From Lama guanicoe (lineage: Eukaryota): a DNA stretch of 64,000 bases. The stretch's first letter is position 1; every line of letters starts with the position of its first letter. The stretch covers positions 2,811,058 to 2,875,057 of the forward strand of contig MU053487.1 of assembly GCA_013239625.1 (NCBI GenBank). Reading direction: 5' to 3'. The position numbers and the translations under genes are program-made. The notes beneath the pieces are model-generated. The model saw nothing but the letters and a program-made list of their open reading frames with translations. It was not told the origin of the DNA and searched no databases. Positions 25,409 through 35,610 of this stretch are shown here, one piece after another.

Positions 25409-25478
25409 TATGAAGTTGAACCATATGATGTTGCCAATATGGAACTGTTTGGGACAGTCCATATGATTCAGTTTATTA
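25409..25478. mobile_element. MADE2-like mariner-derived MITE
   Basis: Imperfect palindrome tatgaagttgaaccatatgatgttgcc...ccatatgattcagtttatta, resembling the MADE2 TIR (ttaggttgaaccatatgaaattgcc, from recall). Confidence 0.65.
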
Positions 25479-26731
25479 TTATATAAAGGACCTTTTTATT
25501 TTTTTTCTCACAGCAGAGTGGCAGTGGCATCTGCTTTAGCAACAAGTGATGGTTCTGGGGCGGGAGTGGGAGGAGAGGGGATACTGTCCCGATCCAGAGG
25601 GCAGATAGCCTCTCTACTGAAGCAGCTCTTTCTCCCACAGAACGTGAACCCCCAGCTGGAGGGGAACCACACAGAGGCCTCTGTTTGCTCTCACTAACCT
25701 TTTATTGTAGACTTCTTTTACGACGAAGGTGCTGGTCCGGAGTCACTTAGCACATTTCAGAGAATGGGATCCTTTTGAGGCAATTCCTTCTGAAAGATTC
25801 TTTTAGCCTCCATATCACTTACTGCCATTTCTCAAAAACCGTCATCTGTGTTACTTGTTCTCTGAGATGCCAAACTGTGTCCCTTAACTGTGAGATTTAA
25901 GTTTGGGTGGAATGAAAGAAATATCCCATCGTGAACCAGGGACTATACCAGGACACTTCTGCTTCTCATGGTAAATAATCCATTATTCATCAAAAGAAAG
26001 TAATGCTAAGATTCTTTTTCTTTTGTTTGTGCTTCTTGGGGGAAAGGTGATGTAAACCACCACCCGCTCCCAACACATACACACCCCCCAACACACACAC
26101 CCCCAAACCTCTTAAATGTTAATTGGCATTACTTTTACTTAGGACAGGTGTGGTAGATTAAAGAAACACATGTTTTGCCAAGCTTGGAAAATTCTTTCTA
26201 ACTGATGAGTGGTTATTGGACTTTTTCAACATGAATGAGAAAGACCTCCTGGGATTATTAGAGAAACCAATTCTTAAGAAGGTTCGTAAGATATCAGGTC
26301 ATGACTTTTAGTTTTAGAAAGATCTTCCAAAAAGTGTTTTAGGGGAAACGTAACATGAAACAGAAATACTTAGATTTGTTTTATCTTGAGGCAGACTATA
26401 AATGTTGGAAATTTATTTTGGATCATAGAAAACTTCATGTGGTGGAAAAATATTCATTTGCTCTCAGGTTAAATATTCGGTTAGGAAAGTCCTGATTTTT
26501 TTGCTGCATATTGGTCAACGGTCAAAGTCATCTCTGTTGCATTGTATTCTTCATGTGTTAAGATGTAAAACCCAAGGCTCCTGATCAGTAAGATTCCTTG
26601 TGCCTAAAGCTGCCTCCACTGCCCCACCCTGGCTTCTCAAGGTTGTTAGTGAGAACCAGGTCTACTTTCTGGGCCCAGTAATCAATAATAGGAGAACAGC
26701 TAGTGTGGTGGCCAGGGACCAGTGTCCTGTA

Positions 26732-27222
26732 TGTATCAGTTAGCTATAACCACAGAAAAATGCTGCATAACAAACCACTCAAAACTGAGTGGCTTCAAAG
26801 AGCAGTCATTTATTCTCCTAGATCTGGAGACCAGCTGAGGGTTGGCTGGTGCAGGCTAGGTTCAGCTGGATCTGGGCTGACTTGCGTATGAATCTGGGGC
26901 TCAACAGGGGGTAGATGGATCTCAGCTAGACTCGGGTGACCCAGTTCAACTCTGCTTCATGTGTCTTTCATTGTTCTGCTGGAACCAGTGGGCTGGCCTG
27001 GACGACTACTTCTCTTGGCATGGCCATGGTGCATTAAGGCAAGCAGAAACCTGCAATGACCCTTAAGGCCTTGGCTCAGCCCTGCTGCATTCTTACTTAT
27101 TCTCTTGGTCATAGCAAGTCACATGACCAAGTACAAAGTCAAGGGACTGGAGAGTCCTGCAGCAGAGGAAACAAATATAGGGAGGGGTAGAAAATTGGAA
27201 CCATAATGCAGTCTATTCTACA
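26732..27222 (-). mobile_element. MLT1 (H-like) MaLR solo LTR
   Basis: TG...CA ends: tgtatcagttagctat...tgctgcataacaaaccactcaaaactgagtggctt...gcaagtcacatgaccaag...ctaca. Flanks ctgta/atgta (4/5) are a likely TSD. Confidence 0.85.
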
Positions 27223-27769
27223 ATGTAAGTAAGAGGGTAGCTCTGTCTCTTTCCTAGTGCCTTGTAGATTGGGGGGCCTATTTCAACCTTTCTTGCAAGT
27301 TCATCTTCCTAGAGCTCAGACATGAGACCTAGAGACTGGGGGAGGAGATTTTCTAAATCTCCAAAGCAATATCCGTGGACCAAAGCTCCTCTCCCTAGGA
27401 TGTGTTGTTTTCCAGGAGGCCCCTTGGTCTCTCAAAATAGACTTTTGGCTGGATGCCCCATTAAACAAACCTCCATGATACTCTTGGGCCCAAAGTCATC
27501 CCCAAGGGAGCCATCAGAGAAACATAAACTGATAATCAGATAAGTAGAGATACAAAACCAAGCCGAAGGTTTCAGTTACTTTGAAATTTCCCCAGATCTC
27601 TGTGCAGAGCCAGGCACACAGGGAGAGAAGGCACAGTCAGCAGACTGCTCATGGAAGCCAAGGTCTGAATTTGGTTTGACAAAGGCTTGGTGGCTTGAAC
27701 CAGAAGTGAGCTGCTTTGGTTATTGTGTAACTTTCTCGATTCAGTATTGCCTAGGATGGGATGTGCATC

Positions 27770-28076
27770 CCTTCATTGTTCAAGTCAAGGAAGAACTGGG
27801 CACTAGGCTGCAGACATGAACAGTGTGTGGGTCCTGCTCTCCTGGGGTCCCTAGTGTGGCGGGGAGAGGACAGCTGGGTGATGTCAGTGCCTGGTCGGTG
27901 CTAGAGGAGAGGTAGGTGGAGGATCACAGGGCCCTGGAGCAGCTTCCAAGAGGAGGAACTGAGGGGAATGAGGAGAATCCAGGCATTCAGGGCAGAGGGA
28001 GAGTGTGAGCAGAGGCAGGGAGGGGTGGAGGGCAGGATTCCCACGCAGATCTGCAGGCATCTGGAGGGAAGGAGGC
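27770..28076 (-). mobile_element. L2 fragment (left part, split by the MULE element)
   Basis: tgggcactaggctgcagacatgaacag...cctgctctcctggggtccctagtgtggcgggg...gcattcagggcagagggagagtgtgagcagaggc. L2-like purine-rich sequence resumes at ~28879-29040. Confidence 0.55.
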
Positions 28077-28085
28077 TGTCAGGAG

Positions 28086-28869
28086 GTCTTTTTGCCATGA
28101 GTTTCTCTGAGGTAAACGTCTTTGCCACAAGCATTTTTGCTGCAAACCTCATCGCCGTGTAACTAACTGGCTGTAAGGCGATTTTGTTGTGAAAGTAAAA
28201 TAATAAATAAAGGAGCGTCATTAAACAGGATATAATGAAACATGACAAAGGAATAACGAAGTTTAAAAGACTTTATTGTGAAATACAAAATATTTGAATG
28301 GATTTAAAATGGGATTCGTTTCCCCATTCAGCATTGCACTTTTCCTTTTTTGGTAAAATTTCTTCCTCCTTTGGGAGAGATAACCAGTTCCAAATACTAA
28401 GATGCACGTTTGTAACTGAGCTCTGTGTTGTGAAAGCATCTGCACTATTGTGTGTTCCTGGCATGTTGTCACATGTTCGTTGATAGATGTTCCAAAATTC
28501 TATGGGAAATGTGGGCTCAACTCTGCACCTTCAAAACACTGAAGGATTTGTAAGCTGATATGTTACCATTTTCCAGTACAGTATGCAGTCTGGCTTTACA
28601 TTCTGTTATTTCATACTTCTAGTGAGTTTTATCACCGTATTTTCTATCAAGTCAATATATAGGGTTGTTATCATCCACTGCTTTAAGATCACCATGTCTA
28701 CTTGTCACTGTATAGACCGTTATGAGAGCTATGATGTATGTAATATGAGTCCACCAGTTCCTTTACCTTTTATGGCAAAATTGCCTTATGGCCAATTCAT
28801 TATGTGGTCAAAAAGTATGCTGCAAAAATGCTTGTGACAAAGATGTTTAAGGCAGAAATACTGGACACA
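28086..28869 (-). mobile_element. Mutator-like (MULE/MuDR; FLYWCH + MULE transposase type) DNA transposon, internally deleted fossil
   Basis: Inverted repeats 28113-28195 vs 28767-28849 match at 61/83 by hand count (outer 35 bp at 31/35). The minus strand encodes a decayed FLYWCH finger (28720-~28532) and a MULE C-terminal segment (28530-28273). Candidate 9-bp TSD tgtcaggag/ggtcaagag (7/9). Confidence 0.85.
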
Positions 28870-30384
28870 GGTCAAGAGAACACAGTGAGATGAGGCAAAA
28901 GATGGGGAGAGAGAGGAGGAAACTGGATCGGAACACACCTGTGAGTTTAGGTTTCATCCTGAAGCCAGTGCTGGTGTAGCAGAATCATAGCATGCGTGCA
29001 TTTAACCTAGTAAGAGTGCAGGTAGGCACGCTGGAGGGAGGGGAGGGAAGAGAGAGAGAGATTGAGATGCTGTGGATCATTGGGTCATTGGGTTCTCTAT
29101 TCTACTGAGTGAAAGTATGTCTTGAGTTTTGAGTCAGCCACTCTCTCCATCACCTCAGTTCCTACACCCCCGGCTCAGGTTTGTGTAGCAGCCGCCCTCG
29201 GTCCCAGTGCAGGCGCATCCTGGGCAAGGCTGAACTTAGGAGAGATGTTGTGTTGATCTCTGCCACGGTACCTCCCCGAGGGCTTCAGAAGGGCAGTTTG
29301 GACACAATTTTTGCCTTTCATGCTATCTTTAGAGCCTAGCTCTCCTGTTAGCTGTGATCCACTGTACTGAAAAGTTGAAGCAAAGTGAAAACAGAGAAAA
29401 ACCCGTCCGATGACTGGGTTGACAGTACAGTACAAGGCGCTTTGGTGGGGAGCAGCCAAGTGCCCACCGGACCGAGGAGCCGTTGTCTTGAGAAGACAGA
29501 GGGGAAGACATCTGGGAGTGATTGGGTCACCCCGAGTGGCCAGGGATCAGGCCAGGAAATTCTGTCTGTGACTGGGGCTCATGGATGTTTTTATTTTTCT
29601 CTCCAGAGAGCATGAGTTCTGGCAGGCCTGTTGTCTCTTAAAACAATCAAGTCTTCAATTAAAAGTCCACAGTCCTTCATGGTCTTGAGACTAGTTCCAA
29701 AACACACCATTTCCAAAATGTCCAGGAATAGGGAGGAAGGTCTTTAGATAATTTCTTTAAACAGGACTGAAAATGCCATTTGTCAAATGATGCAGCTATG
29801 TTTTGTTTCATCTGTCTGAATACTCAGAGTCCCTAAGAATATAGCACGTGTGATAAAGATAAAGAAAAAGAAATACACGCTATGGCAGTTGGGTTTAAAA
29901 AAATTTTTTTGATGCCTCCCATAGGAGACCAGTGGAAATTCAGTGCCTTCTGGCTAGCCAACTCCAATAATGAAAGAACTCTTAAGGGAGGTGAAAAGGC
30001 ACAGTAAGCATTTTTATGAAGTTGGAAGAACCATCTAGTGGCCACATATAGTGGTCCTATGATTGTAGCCTAAGTCATGCTGTTACCGCAGTGGGGGTGG
30101 GGCCAACTGCATTTCCCAAAACCCTCGGCTGGGAGATGGGTCGCACCTTCCATGAAAGGCCAGCCTTCAAGAGGAGGGTTGCTGTGCCCAGAGCTGTTTA
30201 GAGTTTGAAACAAATTTTTCTCCTGCTCAAAAGTGGCAAAGTGGCCAGAATTATCAACTGCACAGCATTGGGTAGAAGTAGAGTTGTCTTCTTTCATGAA
30301 GGGGAAAAGACCCCTGTTTATTGAGGGCCGACCATGCACCAAGTATCCTATAGAGCCCTCGGTATCCATAAACACGCTGTAGCG

Positions 30385-30580
30385 TCTTACCAGCTGCACA
30401 ACGATGGGCAAGTTGCTTTGCATCCCTGTGCCTCTGTTTCCTCATCTGTAAAATGGGAGACATAATAGCAACACCTTATAAAGTTGTTCTGAGCATTTAA
30501 CGAATTAGAAAATATTTAAGTGTTTCCAAAAGCTTGGCCTATAGTGAGCACTCAGCAGATGAGAGCTAGCATTCTTATTT
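30385..30580 (+). mobile_element. MIR SINE (nested within an opposite-strand MIR, ~30315-30750)
   Basis: ctgtgcctctgtttcctcatctgtaaaatgggagacataatagcaacaccttata...ggcctatagtgagcactcag is a near-consensus MIR core. Confidence 0.85.
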
Positions 30581-33500
30581 CATTTGATCATGTCCATGAC
30601 ACTGAGAAGTAAATATTATTACAATCTTTGTAGTGGGGAGGGTGCAGGGGCGCAGGGAGGCCGGTTACTTGCTCAAGGCCTCATGGTTGGTGGAGGTGGG
30701 AGTAAAGCTGGGAATGTCCAGTTCTGCATCCTCTTCTTCTCTGCACACTGTCTGCTAATCAGCCGACCCTGGACCAGGAGTACCAAGGCGGGGAGCTGGG
30801 GGGAAGTCCTCCTTTGTGTGAGAAGTCCCAATTCAGGAAGGAGGTGGCTGGGTGACAAAATCCACCCTCAAAGATGGCTTTCATCCGTCCCCAGTCACGT
30901 TCCCCCAGGGCTGTCTGACGTGTGAGACGCTGTTCAACAGCTTTTCTCTTTGGAGACAACAGCCGCCTGTCCTGTGGGGTCAAAATGAGTCTAAGCATGA
31001 AGTCATGGCAGTCTTCGTCCTCGTAGGCTGGGCTTTTCTCTCCTTGGAGGGCCTCAGATTTGACCATGAGCTTGCGGCTGGCAGGTCAGCAGCGACATCA
31101 TCACTATTACTATTACTTTATTATTGTTGTTATTGTTACTTTATGAAAGAAGGTGAGTGGGAGTGGATCAGAAACCTGGGGAAACTTTTGCTCTTGCCTG
31201 AATATTAGCCTTGTGATTCTTTCTTTTTTCCCCATACGCTGTCTGCCCCAGATCTGGGGAGGCGGGAAAAGTGCTAAAGTTTATTGATTGGGAGCAGCTG
31301 GCTTCTGTAGTTGTTCTTTCTGGAATCTCTGGAAACAGGAATGATTTTTTTCAATGGTATGTTCTTGAAAGAAAGGGGACATGCTCCGTGGAATAGAGCA
31401 TTTTGGATGAGAGTCGAAGGATTCCTCGTCCTCTGTCTCCTCTCTCCCTTGCTCTGACAGGGGTTCCCTGAAGGAGGCCGTAGGTGGTCTTTTGTCACTT
31501 TTGCCACGTTCTGTTGGCCCAAGCAGAGTCGTAGGGCCAACCAGACTCTCAGGACGGGGAGATAACTCTGCTCCCTCCCTGATGGGAGGAGCTGCGAGGC
31601 CATAAGACAAAGGATGTGAATGGAGAGAGACTGCCAGTCAGCCCATCATATGCAGCCTCCACAGGGAATTCTCGGAGCTTCGTCCTGCAGGGAAATGCTC
31701 GGCTCACAGTGCTGCATCTGCGGGGTGAAGGGGCTGGGGGGTTGGTACACCAACCATGGAGAGTCGTTGGTGGCGGTCTCCTCTGGGGTTGGGAGGGCAG
31801 GGACAGTCGGGTGGGCCCCTCCAGCCTGGGACAGCAGCCGAGTCTGGTTCTGCAGAAAGGCCCTGAGCTACGGAGATTCAGACACGGGCAGCTGGAAGTC
31901 GAAACAGTCTGGGTCAGGGGAGCCGGCGGCGGCATGGACGATGACTGCTACACATGCTTTCTCAGAGAGTCTCAGCTGATAAACTCCATCTGGAATATCC
32001 AGCAGGAGTTTTTATACCACTTACTGACACCGAGCCTTCTTCCCAATAACTTCCTGTTAATGCTTTCTTTCCACATTTTGCCAAACCCCTAACATTCTCC
32101 ATCACTGTAACTACTTCCTCTCGCGTTTATCTGCATCTTGATCCTTTTCCCCTTCTCTTCTGAGCGGAGCCACAGATTGCACACACGCTGAAGGGCATTT
32201 GGCTGTAGCAAAAAACCTGTGAGCCGAGTACAGGGCTGGGAGCTTTGTTCCTGTTTTCCTGAGGACAGCAGCAAAGGCAGGCGAGGGAGGTGTCCACAGC
32301 ACATCCCGGGCAGAGGAGATCCGACCTCCGCCCCCTCCATCGTCCTGGGAGGGACCTGGGTGGAGCTGGGCCACGCAGCTGTGCTTCTTTGCAGCCCTGG
32401 CTCCAGCCCAGCGCCAGGATGAGCACAGACGGTGACTCCACTGTCCTCCAGAGTAACTCAGGCGGGGTGGGAACAAGCCCAGCTCGCAGGTTCTTTGTGA
32501 TTGGCGACTCTCATGGAGAGCATAGCATTTCAGGTGCAGAACGAGGAGCTGATAGGCGAGGATTTGAGTCACTTATCTGAGGTCAGAAAGAAAGTTCAAT
32601 AGCAGTGGCTGGAAAAAAACCTGCCAGGAGGGGGTTCCTGAGGCCAAGTCCAGTGTTCTCGCCATTAGACCCATGGCCTCTGTCTTTAGATAGCTGTGGC
32701 AGCTTGAGGAGCCTGGCCTGTCTCTAGCTCCCACTGTGATGCGCTGCTAAGTGGGTGGAAACAACAGTGGAAAATACCTTCCTATCTCAGGGAAGATCTA
32801 ATCCGCAGTTTCCTAAATGGCCAACCAGCCTCAGTGGGAGGCTCTACCACACATGAGCAGCAGACATCTATCCCAAGGAATCTTGGATTTCAGGGACAGC
32901 CCTCTCCCTGATGAGCAGACACTGACTGAGGTTTTCTCTCTGGATGGTGAGAGATTAGGGAATCCAGAGAAGAACCTTGGAGACAGAGCCAGGGGGTAAC
33001 CATGGCAACCATAGAAAGAGGCTGGAACCATGCTCAGAGTTCCCTCCCAAGCCGCCCGGGAAGACTGGCTCTCCCTCACAGGTGTCCCTAATAAAATATT
33101 ATTTGGTAATATTTTTCTTGGCTTCCAAGCAGAGCCGACCATTGGAGGTTTCATGTCTAAGCACCTTTCCAGCAGGGCCACAATGATGTGGCAGTCATTT
33201 ATCCTCTTGCTGAACCTTCAACCTGGGAGGGCTTATCGAAAGAATGTGGCAACTAGATCCCTCACTTCTCTCATATCAGGAGCTAACAGGGAGCCACGTG
33301 CCATTGTTTCTTTGCTAAGATCTTTGCAGTTTATTCTGTGGGACTGTGTTGCTGGTCCCCTGCCACGAACACTAGACTCACCCATCTCGGAGCAGACTTA
33401 GTGAGACAAGCCAAATTCTGCACAGTTGTTTTGTTTGCTGCAGTAAATCTACCCCCGCCCCAACCCCGCACATAGTTTTCTTACACACACCCTTTTGTTC

Positions 33501-35099
33501 GCATCTCTCCCAACTTTGTTCTGAGCTACCAGATATAACCTCAGGAGAATCAGAAAGTGGCCCTGTTTCTCTCCCAAGATGAAAAAAAAAAAAACAACCA
33601 AAGACCACTGTGGCTGAGGAGGGTTGGTCCCTGGGCTCCCCCAGGGCCAAGGAGCCAGGCTTGGGTAGAACATGAACTGCCCTTGAATCAGAGCCCATTG
33701 CAGTTGCTCCGAGAGGGAAGGTCCTAAGTAAAGACCTTCTAGATTTTATGAGCCTTCCTCCCTGACTCCATTCCAGGTGATCTGGATCCAAAAAGGCTGG
33801 GTGGACGCTGTTGATGCCACACCCAGATCCCTTTCAGTGTCACAGCTGCTGTTAAGTGTTGGCTGCCAAGGGCTCACAGCTGCCCTTCCTCTGGTCTGGA
33901 GACTGGCCCTTGCCTCCTGGGAGTCTCCTGGCCCGGGAGGTGACACCCACCCTGAGCAGCCCTCAGCCAATGACTGACTGATTTGCGGTACGAAAAGCCA
34001 GCCTCTGGCCTCAAGAGTGGGTAATTCTATACTGTGTTTTGTTTTCCAAAGCCCCCTGCAACTCAGGCCAAGGCTAGACTCTACCCAAGACCCCTGCCTT
34101 GCTCAGACCCTTCCTGGCTCCATCCTGCTTCCTGTGGAATTCCGCTCCCCCCCCCCCAAGCCTCCCAAATCCTTGCTGCTCAGGGAACCCCACCTGAGAC
34201 GCTAGAGAACTCACAGCTTGTCTGTTCGTTCTTAGACCTCCTGGCCAGGCAGTCTGGTCCTTTTACAGAATTGTGAGTTTCAAAAGGAAAACAAATCCAG
34301 TGTATTCATCACATATGGGGGGGGGCAGTTGCTGCTGGGCTTTTTATCTGCCCTCTTGGAATTGGAGGGGGTTGGGAGTTTTAGAAACCAGTCTTACAGA
34401 GTGATGGGTGGGAATCACTTTTGAGGGGGTGAGTGGGGCTTTGTGTCTTTTAGGGTTACTTCTGGTTGCTTCTTCCCCAGGGCTCGGCTTTTAAAGAGGA
34501 CCATCCAGAAACAGGGATAAAAGAAGAAGGGGCACCCTGTGAGAGATGGCTTTCGCTGTGGTTGCTGGGAGCGGTTACCGTCCTTAGGACACAAAAATGA
34601 CACGTGATATTCTGGTGCAGTGAGCAGCCTTCCTTGCTGGGAGCACTGGGCTCTGTTTGAGAATGTTTTATGTGGTAACAAGATTGAACAAGAGGTGAAT
34701 GCCATTGTTTCAGTCAACAATTGGGTTTCTTCCAGAAAAAAAAGAAGACTTTTTTTCAGTTTTCTTTTTTTTTTTTCTGGAAGAAAAAGTGTTCTTTGTG
34801 TGGAAGGACACCATCAATTTAACCTCCGGAGCCAAGACGGAGAACATTCCCATTTATGTACTACTTCCCTATCCAACCTTCCCAGATTTGTCGGTTTTAA
34901 AGTTGGCTCATGGTTAGACCTGGGACAATAGAATTGAGGTGAATGAAGCCAACAGTAGCTCCAAATCTCTTATCTTACACCTTTCAGAAATGCCCTTCTT
35001 TTCTCCTGGTGTCGGAGTCTAAGTGTGCCTTCCCTCCCTCCCTCCCCTGGCCTCTCCTTCCCGTCACTGAATCAGTCCCTCCCTCCACCTTCCGTAGGA

Positions 35100-35610
35100 C
35101 AGAGGTTCCTAACCTGGGTTCATGTCTCCTTGGTGGTCTGTGCGTAGAAGTCATGGGGCCTGTGAACTTACATAGGAAATCAATCACAGCTTTATTTTCA
35201 CTAACTTCAAACTGAAATTTGGCATTGGATTCAGTTAGGACTGCAGACAACAGAGCACAGTAATATTAGCAGGACCTATGACTTTCTCACATAGAAATCA
35301 CTGGTATTGTTCACGCCAAGTTACAGTGTTGCAGGTATTTCAAAATATCATTCACATTCTCTCCTACTTCAAAGTTACGGTAGTTATCTGATCCACCACC
35401 AAATCTTCTCATTCAATATTATTTTAAAAAGAACACAAATTAGTAAACCACCTATTTTTAAATATAATTATCTGTATTTTTGTATAGCTGGTTTCTTTGT
35501 AATCCTGTTTTTTATTTTAGGCATTTAAAACCATTTTGAGAAGGAATCCCTTCACTTCCCTAGACTGCCAAAGAGTATCTGGTGTCACAAAAACAAGTGA
35601 AAAACCCTTG
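35100..35610. mobile_element. Charlie4a-like hAT non-autonomous DNA transposon, ~510 bp
   Basis: Ends cagaggttcctaacctggg and gtgaaaaacccttg; internal ctttattttcactaac...actgaaatttggcatt...cagtaatattagcag. Confidence 0.75.

Noticed and set aside
31549..32580. Cluster of overlapping 100-158-aa ORFs
   Set aside because: GC-richer intronic sequence open in several frames; no recognisable domain, codon pattern or exon structure.
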